Below, piece by piece: positions 1-11,100 of a DNA stretch of 64,000 bases (position 1 is its first letter; each line of letters begins with the position of its first letter). Made by a program: the position numbers and the translations under genes. The notes beneath the pieces are model-generated. The model saw only the letters and a program-made list of their open reading frames with translations. It had not been told where the DNA came from and ran no database searches. Source of the DNA: Pocillopora damicornis (lineage: Eukaryota); NCBI RefSeq assembly GCF_003704095.1, contig NW_020844782.1, forward strand, positions 1-64,000, given 5' to 3'.

Positions 1-419
1 TCATGCCGCCACAGAAACAAAGCATTTAAATTTACTGCCACGCCTGTTATGCAAGTATATAAACGATTGTTACGAATATTCTTAACAATAAAATCCCTGA
101 TGAGTAAGTAATCACGAAACAGGAATGTAGGGATGAAAGTATAGTCTCTGTTTTTTTTCCCATCTCAATATATATCGTGCTCGACTTCTACATATCGAGC
201 ACTGTACTACGGGAAATTCGAAACATAAACTTCCTTTATGTATGTGTGTGTGTAAGCAACATTTTGTATGATATGGCATATCTTTTTTACAAGTGAATCT
301 AAATCGCTTGACTAAATTTGCCGTCAAAATAAGATTAAAGTTTAATCCATTTTTGTGAATGGGCATTGGTAATAAAAGGAACTCATTCAGCTTTTGTATA
401 GTTAATCACATGATTTCCA

Positions 420-1165
420 GTGCAATGAACAGCAGAAACGCAGTGTGGCAAGTGTAGAGCACTCTATTGGCTGATTTGATATCTGTTTTGTCTTCGTACC
501 TCAATATAAAGCATGCGATAAAAATATACCACCGTTAACGTTTCAGTGAGTCGGCCGAGGTTAATCACAAGATCCACCGCAAATAGAACCTTCTGAGAAA
601 CTTCAGTGAAAACTAATGCTTGTTATAAGGCAACTTTTGTGACGCTGTCCATTCAAGCGATCACAGTGTACTTTTTTAAGCGTCCTTGTGTGACTATCAC
701 TTTGTATTCTGTCCATTTAACTATCGCCACATACCTCTCCCAAGCTATCAGCAATAAATGGTGATAGGAGATAGTATATAAAGTGATAAGAAAAGAGACA
801 CCGATTTCACTCAGAAAATAGATAATGCTGGTGATACAGTTCCACGAAGAATAAGCGCATCTACAGCGATTGAAAGTGGCATAGAAACTGCGCCAACTGA
901 AAGATCAGTCACGGCCAAATTAGCAATCAGAATATCAGATTTCTTTTTTTAGTTCTCCTACTTTCTTGATCGCTAACATGTTAAGAGAGATGATCCATGG
1001 ACAAGCAACGGCTGTTACGCCAATGGTGAGCTGAAGCGAAAGTGTTTGCTTTAGGTCCCATTTGAACTGCGGTATGCTTGGGCCAAAAAGCACTGATTTG
1101 GAGGAACTGTTAAGTGCATCCTCAAAGTTACTTACGCTCATTTTGTTAAACTCCAGTTTTATCAC
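420..1165 (-). pseudogene. Class A (rhodopsin-like) GPCR pseudogene
   Basis: ORF 935-1165 gives the N-terminus and TM1 (AVACPWIISLNMLAI). A frameshift in the A-run at ~945 resumes as KKSDILIANLAVTDLSVGAVSMPLSIAVD (TM2). A second shift near 835 gives LLLIAWERYVAIVKWTEYKVIVT (TM3 with ERY motif). TGA replaces the TM4 Trp at ~655. A TM5-like stretch VVYFYRMLYIEVRRQ lies at ~485-535. Confidence 0.85.
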
Positions 1166-1919
1166 CGCGTGTTTTAAGGATTATTGTGCCGAAATTCAAA
1201 TTTGTTGGGAAATTATCTGTTAGAATTTAATTCCCTTTTGAGAATTCTGATTGATTGTTTTCCTGGAAAATAATCCGTAGTTAGAAGTAAAGATAACATT
1301 ACTTAAGTATTGCGTTTTCTCAAAGGGAAGGATATCAATGAAATCTGACTTCCTTGTGATGAAAATTCAGGTTCACTGGGTGATGGGGATTAAGGCCGTC
1401 AATAAAGAAATGTTCGAAACAAATTAACAAATTAATTTTTTTTAGCTGTCTATTTTTAAGTAATTAAGAATAAACCTGAGAAAACCAAACGTCTGAGATC
1501 TCCATCATAATATAATCAGGACTAAATAATTATCAGTCGACAGTGGTTAAGCGTGTTATGTACTCTTATTGACAACGATATTCGCTATCATGTGGATTCA
1601 CGGGGCGCAGCGGTTTTAAAACGTTTCTTTTTGTCAAGTTCGTAGACCTGTTGGAGAAGAAATGCGTCTCGTACTCCGAACTTTCAGTTCCATTTCGTTA
1701 CGATGGGAGGTTCTCGTCAAATGTGAAAAGTTCACCTCAGTGGTCTGCGTGGCTGTCCAGAATAAGCCAAAGATTAGAATGAACAATTGGGATTCTAAAT
1801 TTTTTTTCTGTTTTCATCAAGCAAGGAAATCAAAACAGAGAGGGAAAAATTGCGGCCATACACATTCTACAGGTTGGCGATCGGCAGCACGTTACTTCGA
1901 AGATCTTTTTCCTTCACGA

Positions 1920-2155
1920 AGATCGCTTTCATTCACAACTTCATCCACAGTTCACATGTATGACTTTCATATATTCACAGTTATCTACTCATTACTTCAC
2001 CGGTTTATTTGGAACAAATATAATGAACATTTCCCAGTTAGCTTGGTTGCTCAGTTGATAGAGCGTTGGTCAGGCCTGAATTTTTTTCTTTTTAAGGCCT
2101 TATTTTCACTACTACTCAAATAGTGTTCATTACTGCGAAGATCGCTTTCATTTCA
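1920..2155 (+). mobile_element. tRNA-derived SINE-like repeat remnant (internally deleted)
   Basis: A-box-like TTGCTCAGTTGATAGAGCG at ~2047-2065 followed directly by CAGGCCTGAATTTTTT; flanking GAAGATCGCTTTCAT direct repeats; no B-box and no cloverleaf. Confidence 0.55.
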
Positions 2156-3157
2156 AATCGGCAAAATTGGGCGAAATCAGTCATCTGGGAAATTTACAGA
2201 CAGCCCCACGAATCAATTCTTAAATACGTTTATGATAAACCTTTTTTAGGCATTCAGAGTATTTCAAATGTAGGCTGGCAGACCTACGGTAAAACTAAAA
2301 CAAACACAAACACGAAAAGAAAGAAACCGCAATGTTCCCTAAAAATGTCAAGTTCAGTGTTTGTTTAAGTAAATACGAGTTCTGTATGGCTTCCTGATCA
2401 GAAAAAAACGACGTATGAAATTCACTGGGGGATTTCGAATTCTCAACGATAACAGCCGAAAAATAAAAAAAACAAACAAACAGATAGGTGCTTATTCGAT
2501 CACGTAGGACTGTGCGGCTCACTTGACAGCTAAATAAAATAACTCGACCTTGTCTCTAAACAGGCTCTTTAATGTGGAAAGAAAAACCTTACACATCCAA
2601 AAACTTACATCAAACACTGTAAGTTGTTGATTTAGTCAAGATAAAGATACAAAAATGGGACGCGGTAAAATTTGAAAAGTTTGGAGAGTCTCATTCTACG
2701 ACAAACAGAAGGAACCTATGCATTCTGTTAAACTATAAAATTTTCCATACTTTGAACGATTCACGAAACGTCTTTGAGCCTATAAAACAATTTTTAAATA
2801 ACATTAGATAAAAAAGAATACTTTTACTTGTTCTCGAACCCTTGGATGTTTCAGTTGGGTGTGATAACTGCGAAGAAGAACAATGTGACTTAAAGACTGT
2901 GTCATCGCTTAATTTAGGTTCGAGGGGCCTGACGACACGTTCCGACGTCGCGATCGGGTCAACAGCTCACTTCACGTGATATCGAGATTTTTCGTGCATA
3001 TATTTGTTCTTTTTTAGCGACAGAATTTTGCCCTGAAAAAAGCCCTGACAAATTTAAATTAGTTTGAATATGTATCATAGCATCGAGATGATAGTCGAGG
3101 ACGGATCGTTTTGTGAGGCTTTCCCGAGGTGAAAAATAATTGTTTCTTTCTAACGAA

Positions 3158-4450
3158 TCAAAAATTGGGTGTCGTTATAACAACCGCTAATCCATAGAGT
3201 GAGTCATTTCTAAAACTAGCTGCAGCAAAAGTGTCCTCATCTGGGGTCCACAGTGCTTGAGCTGCCATTTGTATTCCACCATCTCTCACAGCTCCAATGT
3301 ATACGAGGCAAGCTATTTTCCGCTGGCCGCCTCCGCTCGTTTGCTTCTCGCCATCGCTGCTACCACAAAGTCGAGTAATTATCTTACTTATACTTCTACT
3401 CGCTCGATCGCAGCTTGTCGGAGAGTAATCATCCATGGTTAACAGATGTGACCTCAAGACCCCCTCCAAAATTCCCTGCAAGTGAAAATCATCTGGTTTG
3501 AAAAAGTCACCCTTGCTATTCTCTTTGCCGTCTGAGTCCCCGCGGAGTCGATTTGTCTTGATGTGACGATCGGATAATGCGAAATTGGTCATAGCATCTG
3601 AGGTGGTTAGGTTTTCCAGATTGAAAGCCAGGTCTTGAATCTGGTTTGAGAAGTCGTTAATTATTGTTTCGTATTCATTTACAGAACTTATCTCTTCTTC
3701 TTTGCTCGGCACACCAGTTGGATCCGATCCTCGTCTTTCCTTTAGGGCTAAATGTTCGTACGCTTTGCTGAAGGAAGGATACAGCCTTTTGGCCAGACGG
3801 GCTTTCTTTCCTGGGTCACCTTTAGTCATCTTGTTTTGAACCACGTCAGGATTAGAATTTATATGTTTAGAGCTTGTATTGGAAGCGGCCGCTTTGCTAA
3901 ATAGATGCAAGGGCGACACTGCCTTTCGTTTCAGTTTGGGACGCAACTTCTTCAAACTTCCCTGTCTTTCGAAATTTTTGTGTGGGTTTTTCTTTCCAGA
4001 GACTGTGGGATCTGAAAGTCGTCGTTTTTGGCTGGGGGAAGATTCGTTCGTTTCGGCCGCCGAACTTTGTGATAAGCTTCTTAGAAACATTTTATGATCT
4101 CTTCCACTTGCGGGAGAGCTTTGTGGCAAGAGTAAAAGTTCTGTGTCGCTTGTGAATCCTTCAAGTTTGAAATTCTTAACCCGTTCCTTTTCCAACTCAC
4201 TTTTTCCAAAGTTCTTGTCGATCGAGAACCAGTTTGTTTGTTTGTGATTGTGGCCGCTTTCTGTATACATTTTCTCTAGACTGGCCGGATCTTCAGGCAC
4301 TTTAGAGTTACTGGTTGAAGATTCAATCGCCGGACCAGATGAGAATGTCAAAACTGGTGTTTTCTTCAAATAGAGGTGAATTTCTTCACCATCATCGAAA
4401 CGTGAGGGATTTCTCGCCTCTTCCCGCTGATGTTCGTGTTCGGTCGTCAT
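3158..4450 (-). CDS. Intronless Tctex-1 (dynein light chain Tctex-type) domain protein with ~310-aa disordered N-terminal extension
   Basis: 430-aa ORF. The C-terminal ~115 aa match the Tctex-1 pattern (ILEGVLRSHL...YSPTSC...RKIACLVYIGAVRDGGIQMAAQALWTPDEDTFAAASFRNDSLYGLAVV, compare K.VV.V.IG...QG....S.CLWD...D..A...F.N.SL.A). The N-terminus is S/K/E-rich and low in structure. Confidence 0.8.
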   Translation of the reverse strand: MTTEHEHQREEARNPSRFDDGEEIHLYLKKTPVLTFSSGPAIESSTSNSKVPEDPASLEKMYTESGHNHKQTNWFSIDKNFGKSELEKERVKNFKLEGFTSDTELLLLPQSSPASGRDHKMFLRSLSQSSAAETNESSPSQKRRLSDPTVSGKKNPHKNFERQGSLKKLRPKLKRKAVSPLHLFSKAAASNTSSKHINSNPDVVQNKMTKGDPGKKARLAKRLYPSFSKAYEHLALKERRGSDPTGVPSKEEEISSVNEYETIINDFSNQIQDLAFNLENLTTSDAMTNFALSDRHIKTNRLRGDSDGKENSKGDFFKPDDFHLQGILEGVLRSHLLTMDDYSPTSCDRASRSISKIITRLCGSSDGEKQTSGGGQRKIACLVYIGAVRDGGIQMAAQALWTPDEDTFAAASFRNDSLYGLAVVITTPNF

Positions 4451-5730
4451 AACTCTTTTGCTTTCAGTCAGTTATGTTTGCAAATCGTGAAGACGCTTCG
4501 TAAACAACAGAGTTAATTACAAAGAGAAAACAATGGCTTGTCCAAATCACTTTATCTCAGCTTTAAGAGCTTTGTTAGCTTCTGTCGTTAAGTGTATGGA
4601 ATCTTTGCTCTAGCAATTTGCAGCTTCGAAACTGAAAGCCAACAGCGATTTGAAAAAAAAATCTATCATCAAGGTAATTCAGACTCCAATGCAAAAACAT
4701 CTCTGAGAAGATGATTCCTTTTCTTCTTGTCGAGATTATGTATTCATTTTGAGTAACCCAATTGATAATTAATTGAAAATTCATTCCAGCGTGAAATTAG
4801 AAACAAGATTTCTCGTAAGTAATTTCTTTAATCTAGAAATCCGTAGGAACATTCGCATCTCTAAGAGGCAATAACAACTGCCTAGAAAACTTCTCTTGTT
4901 CGGCCAAGTCTTTGACACGGAAAGTGGAGTTTCAAAACTTCAAGTCGTCAAATTCATCTTTCCAAAAATATTCATTAATATCCTCGAATTAATTTTATTA
5001 TGTTGTCTCCTATTACACTGTGCTCGCCTAAAGCAGAACTCCGTCAGTCGACATCGAAGTCCTTTTCGATATCGAACGGTTAAAATACCCGCTTCCGCCG
5101 GCATTGCTTGAATTATGTATTAGCAATAAGATTAATTTAAAAACACTAACGGAATAAATCGGATTGCGTGTAATTTCCACATGTTTTTTGTCATGTATTA
5201 AAACAAGTCAGCCCTGAGCGATTAAATTATAAAGTAATCAGTTGATTCTGTTTTAAAAAGCGTAGTCATCGAAGCAAATACGTCAACTATAAAAAAAAGA
5301 GAGCAGTTATTAATGAATTAATTGTGTTTCCTATCAGTGGGATACTGCAAGACATCTGAATTGCGGCCAAAAACACATAAACATGACCGTAATAAGACAA
5401 TTAGTCACTTAGAAAATAAAAATACCATTGAAATGGAAAGAAAGTGTTTCTGTTCAGGAACTTACTTAGTAAGAAACTCAGTATTCTGCCAACTGGATTT
5501 TATCGAACCCATGGCCCCGGTTTCCCTGATAAGTTGATTACGGACCTCTACGCTTTGGCTTTTTTCAGCGGAAAAATGTAATGCTTACAACTAGTATATG
5601 ATGTAAAGGTTATGCTTAACTGAAACGGCAGAAGTAAATATGATATGTTTTAATAAAGGAGAAACATTTAAAGAAACTTAATTCCTACTTCGGTTGGGGG
5701 TGTACAACGAGATTATTTGGTTTTATAAAT

Positions 5731-5870
5731 TGAGTTGATAAAGTAAACTGATCACCGTAAAGAGTTTTAATTAAGCTGACTTTTCGAGCGTTAGGTTTTC
5801 GTAAGAACTAAAGGCGAAGGGTTCAACGCTCAAAACATTAGCTTTAGAAACTCTTAGCGGTGGCCAATTA
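5731..5870. repeat. Degenerate palindromic repeat derived from Penelope-like element termini
   Basis: Inverted arms CACCGTAAAGAGTT..AAGCTGACTTTTCGAGCGTTAG / CAACGCTCAAAACATTAGCTTTAGAAACTCTTAGCGGTGG; homologous to the Penelope 3' end at 51313-51385. Confidence 0.6.
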
Positions 5871-7089
5871 TTTAGGGTTAATGAATTTGATATATTTTAA
5901 GCTTTGTGACTGAAGTGAAAGATTTTGTGTTTAGTGAGTGACAGAGGTTTCTCCCCTGTTTGTTTGTTTTAGGGTCAAACCTATGGCATTAAGCTATACT
6001 ATATTGGCTATATTCCTTACAAANNNNNNNNNNNNNNNNNNNNNNNNNNNNNNNNNNNNNNNNNNNNNNNNNNNNNNNNNNNNNNNNNNNNNNNNNNNNN
6101 NNNNNNNNNNNNNNNNNNNNNNNNNNNNNNNNNNNNNNNNNNNNNNNNNNNNNNNNNNNNNNNNNNNNNNNNNNNNNNNNNNNNNNNNNNNNNNNNNNNN
6201 NNNNNNNNNNNNNNNNNNNNNNNNNNNNNNNNNNNCTATTTTCTCACGGAAAAATTACAAAATTTCGATGCAAACAAATCGATATGTTAATAGAAATTTG
6301 CACAAGGAAACAAAAATAGGAAAAGGTTACACGACACAATCCTATTAGTAGACTTATTAANNNNNNNNNNNNNNNNNNNNNNNNNNNNNNNNNNNNNNNN
6401 NNNNNNNNNNNNNNNNNNNNNNNNNNNNNNNNNNNNNNNNNNNNNNNNNNNNNNNNNNNNTCAAAGACCGAGTGATGTCTCTTTTTGTTGTTGTTGTTGT
6501 TTGATTTCTCGGAATTTGCCTGAAAGTTTCAGTTTCCTGAGCAATTAATTTAAAGCTTGACAAGCAGCTTATTTAGACTAATGGATTTATAGAAGTACAA
6601 AAGAAAAAAAAATACCTGAAAAAAAATTACGGACGTAAAAAACATCCTCACGTAACTTTCATAACTTGTGCGGGTGGGCAGGATATTTTAATTGGATTAC
6701 AGGAGGTAAAGTTTTTAATAACAGCGTGGTAGATTAAGGGGGAGAAGGAAGGGGGTTACAACAACCCAAAGACCCTCCTTGGGTACCCTACCGAGAAGGA
6801 CACTCCTTCGCTGCCAAATTGAGAAAACTGGAAATTGCTGAAAATAACCATTGATAAATCGCAAGAAATAATCTCAAGAAAATTAATAAGGGCTGGTGTA
6901 TTTTATCTAAACAGATACAGCATGAACGAGAAGGGATAAACATATTTCACAAAATTGGAAACGACTTGAAAAATATATCTTCATCAGCAAAGTGTAGATT
7001 TAAAAGGGCGAAAACCGTAGTTCTCACATGATGTAATAAAATCCAAGATCAAAAATAGTAGGGAATACAAGACAAGTGTTTTCTTGTCT

Positions 7090-7150
7090 TACCCTCGGAA
7101 GGGTAATGAAGGCCACTACTGCATTGGCCTTGATTACCCTTCAGAGGGTA
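7090..7150. other. Strong hairpin (26-bp stem with 2 mismatches, 9-nt loop)
   Basis: TACCCTCGGAAGGGTAATGAAGGCCA-ctactgcat-TGGCCTTGATTACCCTTCAGAGGGTA, read directly from the sequence. Confidence 0.85.
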
Positions 7151-7841
7151 TATTTGACATAAGAAAATAAAATGGCTGGTCGAGGAAAGATTCACGACTA
7201 TGAAGAGTTTATGGTGTCGAGTAATTAAAATCACATCTGGGTACGTGATCATTTTCGTTCCGAAACATTTCAAAAGATTTATATTTCATTTCATGATCGC
7301 TCTGATTAAACACACTGAAAGTAAACGAAATTGGCTTTTTTTCAAATAAGTCCTGTACCTTTTCTTTTTTACGAAATTTTGGCGAAAAAAATATTGACTT
7401 CGCGATACAAGTTCAGCAAGTTGTTACTGTATGAGTGGTCTACAATTACGCAATTATTCTTGGCTTCAAACCGATTCATTAGCTTATGGCGAGACAAAAA
7501 GCGATTATGACAACTTTGATAAATTCCAGACTTATCACCATGCAACAAAGTTTTCGTCTTCAGAAAGATAAAATCAGAAGATTTTAGCCAAGTTCCTTGG
7601 TTCTTACCGAAACGAGAAGTGGTTTTTCTAGCTTCAAAAGGTGGTTTAATACTGACGCTTTTAAATACCAATTTTCATTTTCCAATGGGTCTCTGATTTG
7701 CTTGATTCGCGTGTGATAGAGCAACATGAACTCCCAAAGAAGAAATTGCGATGGCGTTTGCCTTTTGGATGGAAGAACTGAGATTAATTCAGATCAATAC
7801 TTCCAACCTGTCTTTATTCATCGCAATGGGGGGGGGGGGGG

Positions 7842-8100
7842 NNNNNNNNNNNNNNNNNNNNNNNNNNNNNNNNNNNNNNNNNNNNNNNNNNNNNNNNNNN
7901 NNNNNNNNNNNNNNNNNNNNNNNNNNNNNNNNNNNNNNNNNNNNNNNNNNNNNNNNNNNNNNNNNNNNNNNNNNNNNNNNNNNNNNNNNNNNNNNNNNNN
8001 NNNNNNNNNNNNNNNNNNNNNNNNNNNNNNNNNNNNNNNNNNNNNNNNNNNNNNNNNNNNNNNNNNNNNNNNNNNNNNNNNNNNNNNNNNNNNNNNNNNN
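7842..8100. other. Assembly gap immediately upstream of the TPR-CHAT ATG
   Basis: N run preceded by a poly-G tract; makes the 7751 ORF start unsupported. Confidence 0.99.
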
Positions 8101-8101
8101 G

Positions 8102-11100
8102 ATGAGCAGGACAATAGATATTGCGAAAGCCGTCTGTATTGTTTACATGGTCGCTGTTTTCCTTCGTAACACTGGTCGTGTGATGAAAGCCATCGAGCTA
8201 TGCCAGGAATGTCTGATTGTACTAAACAGTCGAGTGCTGATTAAAGACACTCAATTAGCCAACTTACTTTTCCATACTATCTACATGGTTATGATCAATT
8301 CGTACGAAGCTTTGCATGAGCACACAATTGCCGAAAAATACTTGAGGAAACTACTTCTTTCCCAGAACCAGACCTCTGATGACACCGTCAATAAAGGATG
8401 GCTAAATTTACGACTGGCACGTACACTTCGGGCACAAAATAACTTACTTGAGGCCAGAAAATTTTATGAGTCAGCAATAAAAATTATGAAGACGAATGAC
8501 AACACACAAATAGTATGGCTTTGTTATGAAGAAATGGGAACACTACTTCATTCCATAGAAGAATATGACCAGTGTAAATCATATCTGGAGAAAGGGCTTG
8601 CTCTTTCCATGGACATCTGCGACAGGTATGGAGAAGCAATAAGCTGCGGAAACCTCGGAACATTGTTCCAATCGCTTGGTAAATATGACAAGGCCCGAGA
8701 ATATCAAGAGAAAGCACTTGCCATTAGAAGAGCAATTAAAGACAGAAAAGGAGAAGCAACAAGCTACGAAAACCTCGGAACAACGTTCCAGTCGCTTGGT
8801 AAATATGACAAGGCCCGAGAATGTCAAGAGAAAGCAATTGCCATTAGAAGAGAAATTGGCGACAAAAAGGGAGAAGCAACAAGCTACAGAAAACTCGGAA
8901 TATTGTCCTACTCAATTGAAAAATATAAGGAGGCCCGAGAATGTCAGGAGAAAGCACTGACTATTAGAAAAGAAATTGGCGACAGAAAAGGAGAAGCAAT
9001 ATGTTACGAAGACCTTGGAATATTGTTCCAATCGCAAGGGAAATATGACCAAGCCCGAGAACATCTGGAGAAAGCACTTGCTTTTAGAAGAGAAATTGGC
9101 GACAAAAAGGGAGAAGCAACCAACTATGGAAAACTCGGAATATTGTTCTATTCAATTGACAAAAATATCGAGGCCCGAGAATGTCAGGAGAAAGCGCTCG
9201 CTATTAGACAAGAAATTGACGATAGAAAAGGAGCAGCAACAAGTTACGAAGACCTTGGAATATTGTTCCAATCGCAAGGGAAATATGACCAAGCCAGGGA
9301 ACATCTAGAGAAAGCACTGGCTATTAGAAGAGAAATTGGCGACAGAAAAGGAGAAGCAACATGCCACGAATACCTTGGAATATTGCTCCAGTCGCAAGGG
9401 AAATATGACCAAGATCGAGAACATCTAGAGAAAGCACTTGCTATCAAATTAGAGATTGGAGACAGAAATAGGGAGGCAACAATCTTAGGAATTCTCGGAA
9501 TATTGTTCTACTTGCATGGTAAATGTGAGAAAGCCCGAGAATATCACGAGAAAGCGCTCGCTATTACACTAGAACTTGGCGACAGACAAGGAGAAGCAAC
9601 AGTCTACGGAAACCTCGGAACGTTGTTTGAAGCCCTTGGTAAATATAGCAACGCCCGAGAATATCAGGAGAAAGCGCTTGCTATCACAATAGAAATTGGC
9701 GACAGAAAGGGAGAGGCAAAAAGCTACGGAAACCTTGGAATATTGTTCCAATTGCTTGCTAAATATGACAAGGCTCGAGAATATCAGGAGAAAGCACTTG
9801 CTATCAACTTAGACATTGGAGACAGAAATGGAGAAGCAACAAGCTTGGGAAATCTCGGAACATTGTTCTACTTGCTTGGGAAATGTGACAAGGCCCGAGA
9901 ATATCACGAGAAAGCGCTCGCTATTACAATAGAAGTTGGCAACAGACAAGGAGAAGCAACAATCTACGGAAACCTCGGAACGTTATTCCAAGCCCTTGGT
10001 AAATATAACAACGCCCGAGAATATCAGGAGAAAGCACTTGCCATCAGATTAGAAATTGGCGACAGAAATGGAGAGGCAAAAAGCTACGGAAACCTAGGAA
10101 TATTGTTCCAGTCGCTTAGTAAATATGACAAGGCCCGAGAATATCAGGAGAAAGCACTTGCTATCACAATAGAAATTGGCGACAGAAATGGAGAAGCATC
10201 AAGCTACGGAAACCTGGGTATATTCTTTCAATCACTGGGTCAATGCGACAAGGCCCAAGTATATCAGGAGAAAGCTCTCGCCATTAAAATAGAAATTGGA
10301 GACAGGCACGGAGAAGCAACAAGTTACGGAAATCTTGGAACATTGTTTGAAGCCCTTGGTAAATATGGCAAGGCCCGAGAATATCAGGAGAAAGCCCTTG
10401 CTATCACAATGGAAATTGGTGACAGAAATGGAGAAGCAACAAGCTACGGAAACCTAGGAACATTGTCTCAATCACTGGGTCAGTGCGACAAGGCCCGAAT
10501 ATATCAAGAGAAAGCACTCGCCATTGGAATAGAAGTGGGCGACAGGGATAGAGAAGCAATAGTCTGCGGAAACCTCGGTACATTGTTCAGAGCCCTTGGT
10601 AAATATGACAAGGCCCGAGAATATCAGGAAAAAGCACTTGCTATCCGATTAGATATTGGCCATAGAAATGGAGTGGCAACAAGTTACGGAAACCTGGGAA
10701 CATTGTTCCAAGACCTTGGTAAATATGACCAGGCCCGAGAATATCAAGAGAAAGCACTTGCCATCAGAATAGAAATTGGCGACAGAAATGGAGAAGCAGC
10801 AAGCTACGGAAACCTTGGAAAACTGTTCGAGTTAGTTGGCAGATATGAAAAGGCCCGAGAATATTATGAGAGAGCACTTGCTATCACAACAGAAATTGGC
10901 GAGTGGAATGGACAAGCTAAAAACCACAACAACTTCGGGACATTGTTCTCGACGCTCGGTGAATATGACAAGGCTCAAGAACATTACGAGAAAGCACTAA
11001 GAATGTGGAAGAGTGTGGGCAATAGAAAAGAAGAGGCAACCATTTATGGAAACTTAGGAAATCTCTTCATTGTGCTCGGTAAATACCGAAAAGCTGACGA

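Noticed and set aside
1662-2522. ORFs 1662-2123, 2123-2368 and 2295-2522 and counterparts at 54508-55015
   Set aside because: They overlap SINE and duplicated non-coding sequence; reading frames are not preserved between the two copies.
7751-8101. ORF-track start of the TPR-CHAT protein at 7751 (1721 aa)
   Set aside because: Read-through depends on a 259-N gap; the ATG at 8102 is the first supportable start.
8484-9751. Alternative-frame and antisense ORFs within the TPR array
   Set aside because: Shadows of the 120-bp coding repeat; no independent features.
8621-10900. CRISPR-like or other non-coding repeat array
   Set aside because: Units are contiguous in-frame codons with no unique spacers; eukaryotic locus with no cas genes.
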